Below, in pieces: positions 51,869-64,000 of a stretch of 64,000 nt of DNA. A program made the translations under genes and the position numbers. Source of the DNA: Callorhinchus milii (taxonomy: Eukaryota); assembly GCF_018977255.1 (NCBI RefSeq), contig NW_024704743.1:14882001-14946000 (forward strand), written 5' to 3'. Each line of letters opens with the position of its first letter. The stretch's first letter is position 1. Below the pieces are notes generated by a model. That model was not told where the DNA came from and ran no database searches. It saw only the letters and a list, made by a program, of their open reading frames with translations.

Positions 51869-54092
51869 ACAACAACAACAACAACAACAAGATTCCATTT
51901 ATAGAGCGCCTTTCACGTCAGGAGGACGTCCCAAGGCGCTGCACAGTTGGGTCATGACCCGAGCAGGGGGGAAATGGTCAGGGTGAGGGGAGGGAAGGGA
52001 GGGAGAGAGGAGGGGGAAATGGTCAGGGTGAGGGAGGGAAGGGAGGGAGCGAGGAGGAGGAAGAGAGTCGAGAGGGGAGCTGAAGGCTCGGTCAAAGAGA
52101 AAGGTTTTGAGACCGGCCTTGAAGGAGGAAAGGGAGGAAGCAAGGCGAAGGCACTGGGGGATGGAGTTCCAGAGCCTCGGGGCTGAGAGGCTGAAGGCCC
52201 GACCACCGATAGTAGGGCGGTTGGGGCGGGGGACGTGGAGCAGACCGGAGCCAGAGGAACGGAGGGTACGGGCAGGTAGGTAGGGGGATAGTAGGTTGGA
52301 GAGGTAGGAGGGAGCAAGGCCGTGAATGGCCTTGTAGGTGAGGATGAGGATCTTGAAATCAATCCTCTGGGGGATGGGGAGCCAGTGGAGGCGAGCGAGG
52401 GTAGGAGTGATGTGGTCCCGAAGCCTGGTGCGGGACAGTACACGAGCTGCAGAGTTCTGAATGACCTGCAGCTTGTGGAGGGAGGTGGCGGGAAGGCCGG
52501 CGAGGAGAGAGTTCCCATAGTCCAGCCTTGAGGTGACAAAGGCGTGAACCAGGGTTTCAGCAGCGTGAGGGGTGAGGTAGTGCCGTAGTCTGGCGATATT
52601 CCGGAGGTGATGGAAGGCGGTGCCAGTTGTGGTGCGGATGTGAGGGAGAAAGGACAGCTCAGGGTCGAACAAAACGCCGAGGTTCCTGACTGGCTTTGAG
52701 AGGTGGAGAGTGCAGCCTTGGATGCTGATGGTGTCAGCGCCTGAGGTGCGGAGGCGCTGACGTGAGCCAATCAGGAGGGCCTCGGTTTTTCGCACGTTGA
52801 GCTGAAGAAAGTTGTCTCTCGTCCAGGACTCGATGTCGGACAGGCAGGCTGTCAGGACATCGGTGGTCGTGGAGTTGAGAGTAGAGGAGGAAAGGTAGAG
52901 TTGGGTGTCATCCGCATACATGTGGAAGTTAACCCCATGTTTGCGGATGATGTCACCGAGGGGGAGCATATAGAGGGTGAAGAGGAGGGGACCGAGGACA
53001 GAGCCCTGAGGGACACCACATGAGACAGTACGGGGGGTGGAGGAGAAGCCATTCGTTGAGACGAAGTGAAGACGGTGGGAAAGGTAAGAGCTAAACCATT
53101 CAAGGACAGTGCCTTGAAGGTTGAGGTGGGAGGACAAGCGGTGGAGTAGGATAGCGTGGTCGACCGTATCGAATGCTGCCGATAGGTCGAGGAGGACGAG
53201 GAGACAGAGGGAGCCCTGGTCACAGATAGTCAGGATATCATTGGTGACCTTGACCAGGGCAGTTTCTGTGCTATGAGCAGCACGGAAACCTGACTGAAGG
53301 GGTTCAAAAAGAGAATGGGTGGAGAGGAAAGAGCGCAGTTGGGAGGCGACAACTCTTTCCAAGACCTTGGAGAGAAAGGGGAGGTTGGAGATGGGCCGGT
53401 AGCTTGATAGCTGCGACGCATCAAGGGAGGGTTTTTTCAGGGTGGGCGTGATGATGGCAGTTTTTAATGGAATGGGGACAGAGCCAGAGGAGAGGGACAG
53501 GTTTATGATGTCAGTGATGTGTGGGGCAAGAAAATGGAGCTGGGAGATAAGGAGTGGAGTGGGGATGGGGTCAAGGGAGCAGGTGGTTGGTTTTAGGGAT
53601 AGGATGAGTTCAGTGACAGAGGGTGGGGAAACGGGTACGAAGGTGTGTAGGGGAGGATGGGTAGGAGTCGGAGTGTGGGAGGGAAGGGGTGGGTGGTGGG
53701 TGGAAGTTGGAGGGGAAGTGACCGCGGAGCGGATTCCCTTGATCTTGGATTCAAGGAAATCCAGCATCTCCTCGCAGTGAAGGTTGGAGGAGATGACCTG
53801 CGCGGGGTGGCGGGGGGGACGGAGGAGTCGGGATGTGGTGGAAAACAGTAGCCTGGGGTTGTTCTTCGCCTCCAGGATTATCCTGGAGTAGAAGGACGAC
53901 TTGGCCGAGGCTAGAGTGGAGCGGTAAATTTTGAGGAGGTCCAGCCAGATTTGTCGGTTGACCGTTAAGCCAGATTTGACAAAGGTTCGCTCAGCAGCCC
54001 GCACCTTGCATTTCAGTGAGCGGAGGTGGGTGGTGTACCAGGGGGAGGAGCGGGAGTAGGAGACAGTGCGGGAAGTGATGGGGGCAAGAGTA
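51869..54092 (-). mobile_element. Young 5'-truncated L2 LINE
   Basis: Uninterrupted ORF, intact stem-loop tail, (GTT)n end, candidate 5-bp TSD AACCA (51864-51868, 54093-54097). Confidence 0.95.
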
Positions 54093-54100
54093 AACCACAA
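51899..54100 (-). CDS. L2 ORF2 reverse transcriptase, 733 aa open; lacks the endonuclease and a true start codon (5'-truncated)
   Basis: [68 protein letters not shown]. Confidence 0.9.
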   Translation of the reverse strand: MWFTLAPITSRTVSYSRSSPWYTTHLRSLKCKVRAAERTFVKSGLTVNRQIWLDLLKIYRSTLASAKSSFYSRIILEAKNNPRLLFSTTSRLLRPPRHPAQVISSNLHCEEMLDFLESKIKGIRSAVTSPPTSTHHPPLPSHTPTPTHPPLHTFVPVSPPSVTELILSLKPTTCSLDPIPTPLLISQLHFLAPHITDIINLSLSSGSVPIPLKTAIITPTLKKPSLDASQLSSYRPISNLPFLSKVLERVVASQLRSFLSTHSLFEPLQSGFRAAHSTETALVKVTNDILTICDQGSLCLLVLLDLSAAFDTVDHAILLHRLSSHLNLQGTVLEWFSSYLSHRLHFVSTNGFSSTPRTVSCGVPQGSVLGPLLFTLYMLPLGDIIRKHGVNFHMYADDTQLYLSSSTLNSTTTDVLTACLSDIESWTRDNFLQLNVRKTEALLIGSRQRLRTSGADTISIQGCTLHLSKPVRNLGVLFDPELSFLPHIRTTTGTAFHHLRNIARLRHYLTPHAAETLVHAFVTSRLDYGNSLLAGLPATSLHKLQVIQNSAARVLSRTRLRDHITPTLARLHWLPIPQRIDFKILILTYKAIHGLAPSYLSNLLSPYLPARTLRSSGSGLLHVPRPNRPTIGGRAFSLSAPRLWNSIPQCLRLASSLSSFKAGLKTFLFDRAFSSPLDSLPPPRSLPSLPHPDHFPLLSPSLPSPHPDHFPPARVMTQLCSALGRPPDVKGAL

Positions 54101-54514
54101 GAGAGGGGCAGCCAGGAGCTAAGACTGAAGTACAAAATGCTTTGAAGGCCACATAAAATCACCCGCCTGTTAGACTACGCTGGTCTAGACTATGTGACAT
54201 CAATTACTCACCGTGGGGCTTGAACCCACAACCTTCTGATGACTCAACAACAACTTGCATTTATATAGCGCTCCTCACGCGGGATAGCGCCCTGACACAC
54301 ATGAATCACCTGTGAATCTATAACATAGTGATACTTTTCTAATCTGCTAAATTATTGTGGAGATAAATGCCAGCATCCAGTTCGTGGTCGTGTTGGTGTC
54401 AGGGATCGAATGTACTTCCAAGAGAGGCCATCTAGATCAGTAGATTACAGACAGTCTGATTTACCAGCTACTTTAGTGTCCATAGCACAAATGAAAATCT
54501 GCAAGGTAATACCT

Positions 54515-54865
54515 CGGTTCAGTCATTAGTCTTTTCACCTGTGGGCCAGTAGGTTTGAGTTTAAGCCCTATATCAAGAGTTAAGATCATAATCTAGGCTG
54601 ACACTCCAATGGAGAATTGGGAAGTACTGCATTGTTGGAGGTGACGTTCTTTGGATGAGATGTTACATTGTTAAAGTTGAACATCAAAGATCTCATGACA
54701 CAAATGAAAAAGAGAAAGGACTTTCCTCAGATTCCTGGCCAACAATCCTCCAGATTAATAAATCATTCATCTCATAGCTGTTGGCCCCAGAAATGATCAC
54801 TAAACTTCACAGCAATTTCTTGACTTTCCAACGTGATAAGATGCAATAAAAATGCAAATTCTTTA
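54515..54865 (+). mobile_element. Old Deu-domain SINE
   Basis: TAATCTAGGCTGACACTCCAATG, AAAGATCTCATGACAC, CCTGGCCAAC blocks and tail. Confidence 0.65.
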
Positions 54866-55317
54866 TTAAAATGTAGCACTGCTTACCAGAGTTGGTGCTT
54901 TTGCCGGTGATGTATTCTCAAATGTCACAACATGGAAATGGACAATAATCATCCAGACCATTAAACTGGCAGAGATTAATATGCTATTTATTCTACTGAA
55001 AGCTTATTACTGCATTTTGCTCACAATGCTGCAGCTAGTGTTTGCAAAGGAGTGCTAAGGACTAGCTCAGCTAGCTGTTGTGTTTACACCGTGGTTAGCA
55101 TTTTAGTTACAAATGAATAACCAGCAGTGTGCATGATCCCTCCCAGAACCCTGACCATATCCCTGCCTGGTTCAAGTTCCTTCACTTATTCATCCAACTA
55201 TCGGTAGGCAAGATTTCAGCCATTCTGCTCCCGCTCTCAGGAATTCCAACCCCCAGTCCACCTGAAGACCTTTCTTTTCAACTGCGCTTTCAGTCACTGC
55301 ATTGTGTAACATATTAG

Positions 55318-55662
55318 TTATAGCACTCGCTTCGCAAGCATGAGAACACAGTTCAATTCCTGGGTGGGACGAAACCTTAGGCAAGTTTCCTTACTCCACA
55401 TGCCTCTGTTTACCTAGAAATAAAAAGGAACCTGTTTGTTAGTCAATTGGTGGACTGCTTCCTGGGATAATAATCCCCTCAAAAAAATAATAATTTGGTC
55501 ACTCAATCCACGACTGTTTGTGGAACACTGCTGGGCACAATTGGCTGCCGAGTTTCTCCCACAAAATATGCAGTCAATTCACTTTGCAGTATATTCTGTG
55601 AAGCATTTTGAGATATCTCAATGACATAATAAGGAGCTATATCAAATGCAAGGATTATTATT
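55318..55662 (+). mobile_element. tRNA-headed SINE, long form
   Basis: Same block order as the other long-form copies. Confidence 0.85.
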
Positions 55663-57043
55663 GTATTTTCTCCATTCTCCACCCTCCTTACCTCCCATCA
55701 CACAACCTGCATGAGGACAGAACTCAAATGTTGGGAGGCCAACACAGTTCTTATGCAAGTTGTTATAATTCTGTAATATTAGTGTTTGTTCCAGCTTGAC
55801 AGGAAGTGGTCTGAAAAAGTAGTGAAGGGACAGGCTTCAGGAGATAGAGTGATACCTGCCTCAGGAAAATGACTAAGGATTAACTCTTGCCACCTGAGCA
55901 GCAAAAGCAAAAATCACAATGTTGTCCAATTCCACCAACGACAGACACGACAACAACTTTGAAAGCCCTTTGTGTGGAGTTGGCTGGGCACTTCCTCTTG
56001 CAGATTCAAATTTGCATTCAGTGCTTCATTAGCAATGGAAATGACCTCCTCCCGCAGCAAAACATGCACAGACATTGCGAAGCCAAGGCACTGCACTCAG
56101 GAATCACCGAGGAAACATCTCAATTTAATTAAGGTCATTCACATATGCAAATCAAGCTAGTCCTCGTGTCACCTATCAAACTAATAATGATAGAGTCATG
56201 AAGATCTGTGATTTGAATAATGTCTGGCCTCTGTACATCCAGTAAACAGACAATTTAAAGCAAGCAGAGCTGATTTTCCCCCGTATCAAATAGATTCAGG
56301 GCAAGAATTATATTGAATACCATGAACAGTTACAAAAATCATATCAAGAATGTGGAAAATACAGACCAAGAAAAGGCCATTTCTTCACAGAATGTTTTTT
56401 CATAAACTGTATACATTTCACCAGATCCTGGAGGCTACTAAGCCACCAAATCTCCTCAAAGGAGCAAACAATGACAGGTAAAACCTCTGCGGAATTTCTC
56501 CACAAATTGAAAAGATAACCCATTGAAGCTTCAAGATATTTATCCAACCTCACAACCCACATTATTAAACCCTGACCAGCTGCATCCTATACGTGGTATT
56601 TCCATGGACCCAGCAGCAATGGAACACTGAGATTTCCCTACAGTGTCCGTATAATTTCGTATTGTGTCTTTGCAGATCTTTATCCTATGATCTTCAAAGA
56701 TGTACTTAAAAAGATGCTTACCCGCTTCTTAACATGATGAGGTATTTTGCTCTCACAAGAAAAGCTTGTACCATCGATCTTCACACATAAAACACACACA
56801 GTCTCTGCATTTTAGAATATGTCCTGTGAAGTGCTTTTGTCAATTATTAGTATTATTTTCTTGCCAGGAAGAGAAAGACCTGATTTGAATCATCCTTGTG
56901 ATGGGAGAAACATCTCGCAATGCCCATTTGACTTCTTGACAGATTTTAGTAATAGGAACTGATAAAATCTCCCCCCCACACACACATACACACACACAAA
57001 CACATATAGATGCATATCTTATATCTTATATCATACAAATATA

Positions 57044-57559
57044 TCTATACTAATAAAATGACAATAGATACGTAAATGTATGCTAATAAAACGAGAATGT
57101 CTGTCTACGCTTCAAGAAGGATTTCAATAACCAATTGATATCAAGACGTGATTTATACCTCATCGGAAAGCTCTTTCAACTGGGAATGACGTGGGCATAT
57201 TTGTTTTTGGGTATCTCCCATGATTTGTAAGTTATTTTCAGTTTTGCCTTTTTCGCTGCAGTTACACCTGGTGGTCACCCTAGCTGACCGTGGCGCTGTG
57301 GCATCCTGCGTCACAGACCACGCACATAGCCAAGCGACAGGAACAAAATAAGAACATGGATGAAGCTAAGCAGCAGCAACTACAACAAAATTACATTTTT
57401 AAAGCTCCGAGTCCTCCCACTGAGTCCTCCCAAAAGGAGTCCTCCCACAGGAGTCCTCCCAGATGAGTATAGATAAAGATGAAATGTCAGTCTGTGTGTC
57501 AATCGACATTCCATATTGGATCCTTTGGTTGCAAGCCAAGCTGCAATGGGTACAGCTGG
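57044..57559 (+). mobile_element. Non-autonomous Helitron
   Basis: A|TCTATACTAATAAAATG start; AGCTGCAATGGGTACAGCTGG end (CTRR); collinear with 30999-31539. Confidence 0.72.
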
Positions 57560-59119
57560 CATAAAATATATATGTTTGCTAAGTGGAGGAAGTAGCTGAT
57601 GGAGTAGAATCACAGGAGGATGCAGAGGTACAACAGCGCTCCTCAAGAGGGGTAGCATTCCAGAACGCTAGAGTAGGTCGAAGCCATGAAGACATTTGAA
57701 AGTGAGGCCGAGGAACTCGAGTTCAGTCTACTGGGGCTGGGGATCCAGTGGACCCAAGTGATAATGCCAGTGATAGGCTCACCTAGTGCGGGAGAAGACA
57801 TGGGCTGCAGAGGTTTGGATGACCTGCAGTTTGTTTAAGGAGGAGATGGGGAGATCAGTGAGCAGGGAAGGCATTCTACTAAACCAAGCCCAAATTGTTA
57901 AATGTTCCACAATTCTGGGCAATTTTAAATTTTAAACCCGTTTTAAGGCCAACACAAGGTGGAATTCTGCGCCTTTGGTCTCAATTGTTCCTGCAAAGAA
58001 ATCAAATTCAGTTCTGTGACCATCATTTTAGAAATGACAAGAAAAGCTTTATAAACATCTACAAATTTCACCACACAATCTCTCTCACACATAGGACACA
58101 CAGGCTCACTCTTGCAATGTTAAATTATTCCAAGATTTAAATAATGCAAATGAACTTGTGTAGCTGCTAGGGAACCAAGGTCTTTACAACCTGACCCCAT
58201 ATCTATCACAACACTTTGTAGAAAGCCAGACCCAATAACACAAATCACAGCCCAAGAGTGGTTTGCATTTCCTCAAATGCTCCCATTCTAATATGCTTCA
58301 GATGTCATGATTCATCAAGTAGCAGTGTAATGAGAGGCTACTGTGTATATCCTACATGACCTTAGATTGTACTCAAATTGCTATTCACTGAATTGTGCTG
58401 ATTTTACCATAGCAACAGGAGCTCTTTGTTACGGTTTATTATATCCAGCTGAATGGCACACTGAGAGGCACAGCAGTTCAATCTGGCTAATGTGTCTTTG
58501 ACGTAGAACGCGAGACTTGTGTATGCTTAACATAAAATACAATGTTGTATCTGCTCATTATAAAATTCAGAGCAGCCCATAATATTTCATCTTTTTAAAT
58601 ATACATGTTTAAAGAAAATAAACAATAATAACTTAGTATAATTCGTGGTGTGGGTACTTCACTATTGTTAATGACATATCCTTTCTAATGTTTTGTGTTA
58701 CGGGCAAAGGTTTTCTTATTTACAAATGTGTTTACAGATGTGCATGAAATGAGCTCCTGAAAATGACTAAAAGTTTCAGCGTCATCCGCTAAAAGGCAAA
58801 TCGGAGGAAGATCTTAGTATTTGCCCAGTATTGTGTTTCTATGTGCAATCTGATGATTACTTTAGACTAAATCCACAGCTCTGTGTTGATATCTGGCATT
58901 TGGTAGAGTGGAGCAATAAAACTAGCAGGCACACACCTCTGCAAGGGGCAGAGTATGGAGGAATATATTTACCAGGATGTTTACCAGAGATAAGTGGAAT
59001 CAACTATCAAACTACTCCTCTACAAATCACACAGGCACTACAATTTACAGCATCTTATGTGAAGCACTTTGTGACAACCTCCTGACGTAAAAAGTGCTGT
59101 ATCAAATACAAGGCTTTTA

Positions 59120-59590
59120 ATTGAGAAAGACTGAATAGATTAGAGCTTTTTCCCAGGAAATGAAATGATTGAGAGGGGACTTGTGAGAGGTGTTTCAAAT
59201 TCTGAAGTGACACAATAGAATAAAAATACTGTTTTCACTTGTTATTGAGTCCCCATAACAATGGGAGGCATAAATATAATGCTATAGCATTTCTAAAAGA
59301 GAGTTTAGGAATAATTTTTGATGCAGAGGGTTCAAATGCTCATTGTCTAGGACCTTGGGACATCCTCCTGATGTGAAAGGCTCTACACAAATACAATTTG
59401 TTGTTGTTGTTGTTTATAATGTGGAACTCACTGCCGGAAGCTGTGATTGAAGTAGAAAGTATCATTGTGTTTAAGAGGAAATCTGTTGCACACATGACAA
59501 AGAAGGATATGGTGGTGCTCAGGAGATTCATACGTAATGTAAACCATGGCACGGAATGGCATGTTTCAGTGTTGTAGATTCTATGCAATA
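59120..59590 (+). mobile_element. CR1 3' end with nested L2 tail (59345-59412)
   Basis: GATTGAGAGGGGACTTG...TTTAGGAATAATTTTTG...TGTGGAACTCACTGCC...GATTCTATG. Confidence 0.7.
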
Positions 59591-59699
59591 TAGGAGACAA
59601 GGATTGGTTACAGAATTAGTGTGAGACCATGTACGTATTTCTGTCTGTCTGTGGTGAAATCTTAAACGCTTCACAAATCTAGGGGTATCCTCACTCTAG

Positions 59700-60033
59700 G
59701 GGTATCCTCGTGTTCAAATCCATTCACTCCCTGGCATCTCCCCACCTCTCCAATCTCCTCAATCCACCACCGGGCACTTTCGCTCGGCTGGTACCGGCTT
59801 CCTGCTCATCCCTCGCACCCATCGGAGGTCGTGCTTTCAGCCATTAGCCCCCAAAACTCTGGAACCCTCTCCCTCATTCCCTCTGCCTTGCCCCCTTTCT
59901 TCCTCTTTCAAATCCCGCCTGAAAACTTTCCTGTTCAACTGAACCCTCAGTTCGGAATCAGGCTCCGCCACTGTTAAGCGCTCTAAGACACTACCCTGCG
60001 TGGAGGGCCCTATAAGTGCAAGTTGCTGTTGTT
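59700..60033 (+). mobile_element. L2 3' end
   Basis: AAACTCTGGAAC, ACACTACCCTGCGTGGAGGGC tail, GTT repeats. Confidence 0.85.
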
Positions 60034-60834
60034 GGTATGAATACTCTTGAGATGCTAAGTGAGTTAACTGCATGGTAACTGCATGCACTAACAGTACTGA
60101 ATGTGAATATGGATCCAGGTGATAGCTTGATAAATAGATCATGTACACAAAAGACTAAGAAACTTCCATCTTTCAATATGAACATTCAGCATTCTGCCTC
60201 CTGCATTACTGTAATAAGAAAGCACCATTTAATGGTCATTAGAGGCATGTTCCCAGTTTATGATGTGATAATTGAGAAGCTACAGTCTAGCCCTGTGCTC
60301 TATGTTAGCTGCTGTGCAAATGAGAGGCAGGTGGAACAGGAAGAGGCAGCAGTAACCTTCTGAATACAATTTTTCTGATATGCTAAAGCAATTACAAAGT
60401 TTATACATCTATTATGCTAATCCATAAAATGTGACCTTTATTTTAATTGTAAATTTAACGTGCTGCCTCAACCTTTGTGGGATTTTACTGCTGCCTTTGG
60501 GAAACTTTACATTGACAGATTATTACTGAGTTGAGATGAGCCTTGAATTCAATTGGTCTTTAGAGGGTCCGAAATTTGACTCGTCTAAAAGTGAGTCTGA
60601 ATCTATAGTTTGTCCCACTCAAGTGTATTCACGGTAAGCAAAAGGCATGGAACAGCATAAATGCCTACCGCTTTTGATTTGAAACTTAGCACCAACCAAA
60701 TGGCTTCCCCACTGAACCACCAGCAACTGAGTGGACACATCAGTATCATAGATCTGCAGAACTCTCCCCCTCGGGGCTAACTTACCACACTCGCAAAAGC
60801 ATGTGTAAATAGAGGATGCTGATGGAATATTTTT

Positions 60835-61497
60835 CAAGCCGACCTTCTGGAACTCCTCTCAGACAGTGATCGGATCCTCTCCCTCACACCCTCCGCCCCA
60901 CCATCGGAGGTCACACTTTCAGCCACTACACCAAAAATCTCTGGAACACTCTCCCTCAATCCCTCCACCTTGCCCCCTCTCTCCCCTTTTTCAAATCCCG
61001 CCTGAATACCTTCCTCTTCGACCGTGTTTACGGCCACATCCCCGCCCACCCCAGTTCGGAATCAGGCTGTTAAGCACTCTGAGACGCTACCCTGTATGGG
61101 GGGCGCTATATAAGTGCAAGTTGTTGTTTCTAAATCCCTTCATGGCCTCACACCTCCCTAATTGTCAGGTCTGCTTAGCCCCCCACTCCCCACCTGCTGC
61201 CTCTGCTCGGTTGGCTCCGGCCTCCTGCTTGGCCCCTCATCCCCTCCGCTCCACTATTGGTGGCCGTGCCTTCAGTCACTATGCCCCGAAACTCTGGAAC
61301 TCTCTCCCTCAATCCCTCCGCCTTGTCCCCTCCCTCCCCACTTTGAAATCCCGCCTAAAGACCTTCCTTTTTGATCGTGCTTACAGTCACCTCCCCTCTC
61401 CCTATCCCCGCCGCTCGGAGTCAGACTCCACCACTGTGAAGCGCTCTGGGACGCTACCCCACATGAAGAGCATTATATAAATGCAAGTTGTTGTTGA
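60835..61497 (+). mobile_element. Two tandem L2 3' ends
   Basis: Tails end at ~61127 and ~61497; GGRAFSHYAPKLWNSLP. Confidence 0.85.
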
Positions 61498-62519
61498 TTG
61501 TCTGCTAGGAACCAGGAGCCTACTGTGGTCTGAATTCACAGGAGATCAAAGAGGTTGTGTGGGGTAAGGCTATGTAGACATTGGAACAAGACAACCCAAA
61601 GTACCTAAACAGCTAAATATGGGTATTTGAATGCATTCTCCAAACCTGTCCAACTAAAGAGAGGAACAGTACAACAACTGTCTCAGATTCTTCCGCTTGG
61701 CACGACTCAGCTCAAGTGAGAAACACCAATTCCCTGTGAAACGTTTTGAGACATCTCAACATTACAGGCACTGCATTAAGTGCCATGATTATAAGCAATT
61801 TAATCACACGCTGTCACTGTGCAATGCAAAATGTTCTTATCAACATGTGTGACACAGTGGTTAATGAGCCAGTTATACTGAAAATTTGGCTCCAACAGAC
61901 AGCGGAATTTGCCTCAGAACAGTGCAAGGTGACAAAGTTCTTATAACTGCTGGTTAGGTTCAGCTCTGTAATAGATGCAAGTGCTTGTGCATACAGGTGT
62001 GCTCCACTGACTGCCATCAATATACCAGTAAAGCTCTGACAGGACTGCTAGCTATTTACCAACTTTAATTCGCTCCAGCACACCACTTAGGAACTTTACA
62101 AATACACATTTAAAAGGGGAAAAAGTTACCTTCACATCAGTTGTGATTCCACTATTGTGACAAATACTGTCACTTATACTCTATAACTCTTTTCGTGAAG
62201 GACGAATAGAGACTCTCAGCACTTTCCATTGGTGATAAGAATAACTAAGGAGAGAGGAGGAGAGGGAATTTGAGGGCTTTGACCCAATGGTATAGCCAAA
62301 AGAGACATTTTGGGGGGTTTTAAAACCAGCCAGAAAGGGAGCAAAGCCTAAGGGATTTGAGGAGATGTTTCTGGAGAGTAGAAGTAATAGTGTGAGACAA
62401 TAAGAAGTCTTATGTTTTCATATAGTTACTTGTGTGCTTTGGTCTTCTTTCACCTAGCAATATTTATGTTCTTATGTTAAGATGCAAGCAATGAGGGCTG
62501 GGACCAAAGATTAACGAGT

Positions 62520-62830
62520 GAGTAGTGACTGGCGTGAGGGTCGAAGGTTCGGTTCATAAAAGTGGGTGAGTTAGGCTGCTGGCTGGCACTGGCGGGGTGA
62601 GGTAGGCTGCGGGTGGAGTAGGACCATTTGCGGATCCAGGCACGGAGACAGAATTTCAAAATTCCCGCCTGAACCACAGGAAATGAGCGACCGCTGAGAT
62701 CAGATGGGAGTGAGCGACCGTCAAGGCCACGGTTAGTGACAGGCGCGGAGACCCCATTTCCAAATCTCTCGCCTGATTAATGGCCTAATCTCGCGCATGA
62801 TGTCACTTACGGGCGCCATTTTCAAATCCT
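62520..62830. promoter_or_regulatory. CpG-rich promoter-like island
   Basis: High CpG density compared with the rest of the window; TTCCCGCC (E2F-like), TGATGTCA (ATF-like), CGCCATTTT (YY1-like). Confidence 0.35.
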
Positions 62831-62899
62831 CCAGGGTAGTGTAGTGCAAATTTTTCTATCCTTTTACTACCTTGTCCTCCCTCCTTTCCCTTCCTGTCT

Positions 62900-64000
62900 C
62901 TGGCACCTAAACCATGATCGCCATCCCCTCTCTCTCCCCCTATCTCCCGCGGCGCTGTTTCCTGTAGCCCATGGCCTGATGCTGCCCCGCTGATCACTCA
63001 CTCCTGGTGTCTGCATGTAAGTTTTGGCTAGCCCCCTGACCCGAGCCACGCCCTCTGAAAATGTTCCTGCTCCTACCTCCCACACTCTGCTACTCCCACT
63101 CTTTCCTTCTCTCCCACCGCTCTCCTCCGCTTCTCATCCCACCATTACCTCTCTCTGGGCATTCTCCACCAGGCCCATCGTGGCTCTCAGCATTAGTTGT
63201 CCCAGAGCAGCCACACCACTGCCCATCGCTTACTCTCTCTACATCAACCACCTCCAAAAGGCAAACATCCCTTCCCCCTCCCTCATCCATACCCTCTCCA
63301 ACTCTCCCACCTCCTCGAATTCCATGGTCATTTCTCCCTCAAGACCCCAAATCCTTTCTATACCACTCTCTCCTCCATTCCCCGCACTAGCAAATCTATC
63401 TGCATTTCCCTCCAAGATGTCCGCTTCCTCTCAAATAAAGCCCTTACTATCCATTACCTCATGCTGGATAAGCACATTGATATTCTTTGGCTTATGCAAA
63501 CCTGGCTCTCCCCCAGTGACCCTGTTCCCCTTGTTGAAACCTTCCCTTCTGGCTATACTTTTCATCACACCCCCCCCACCCAAACCAATGTGGTGGTGGG
63601 GTGGCCCTCATCACCCAAGCTTCCCTCGGTCCATTCCTCTGGCTGTTTCTCCTCCTTTGCACACCTCACCCTCTACCATCCCTCCACACTCTCCCTCAAA
63701 ATTTGCCTAATTTACTGTCTCCACAAACCTCCTGGCTCCTTCCTCAGTGATATTTCCTCTCTCCTCTCATCTCTGTCCCTCTGCACTGAACATCTGCTCA
63801 TAATGGCTGATTTCAACCTCTGCCTAAACTCTCCTTGCACCACCTCCTTGGATTTCACTGCCCTCCTCTCCTCCCTAAACCTCACCCTCCACATCAACTT
63901 GCCGACCCACAACTGAGACCATCCCCTCGATCTCGTCATCACACATGGCCTTGACATTTCCGACTTGTAAATCACTGACAAAGGCCATCTCGGACCACTT
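62900..64000 (+). mobile_element. L2 5' region and decayed APE endonuclease (continues beyond window)
   Basis: LQDVRFLSNKALTI...IDILWLMQTWL, GYTF, IMADFNL, HPLDLVIT. Confidence 0.88.

Larger units (their letters stand above)
50060..54182 (-). mobile_element. hAT DNA transposon (Charlie/SPIN-like), interrupted by a young L2
   Basis: Decayed transposase at 50060-51679; candidate 5' terminus CAGCGTAGTCTAACAGG (minus) next to GTCTAGAC (54183-54190), the NTCTAGAN target consensus of Charlie elements; other terminus not found. Confidence 0.75.

Noticed and set aside
1..64000. Most short ORFs in the supplied track
   Set aside because: They are alternative frames of L2, SINE or CR1 repeats or chance ORFs, many with non-ATG starts, in eukaryotic DNA

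Overview
This is repeat-rich vertebrate genomic DNA, most likely from a cartilaginous fish (chimaera/shark-like). That assignment is inferred from the mix of L2 and CR1 LINEs, tRNA-headed Deu-domain SINEs and Penelope-like fragments. I could not identify a host protein-coding gene. The window looks intronic or intergenic, with several non-repeat, enhancer-like islands and a few weak minus-strand exon candidates. The only long intact ORF (51899-54100, minus strand) is a 5'-truncated young L2 reverse transcriptase inserted into a decayed Charlie/SPIN-type hAT transposon. The best-supported structure is in the mobile elements: (1) a four-layer nest at 716-3070, where a Penelope-like fragment with a 14-bp TSD holds a non-autonomous Helitron inserted at A^T, which in turn holds two L2 pieces; (2) three copies of that Helitron family; (3) minimal hammerhead-ribozyme motifs in the Penelope-like pieces; (4) SINE subfamilies whose 3' stem-loop tracks the youngest L2 tail; (5) two ~280-bp L2-tail insertions sharing the same 5' end; (6) an inverted L2 tail with a perfect 54-bp duplication. 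I found no convincing wholly new gene system. Repeat boundaries are approximate unless a TSD or terminus is quoted, and many small decayed fragments are not listed.
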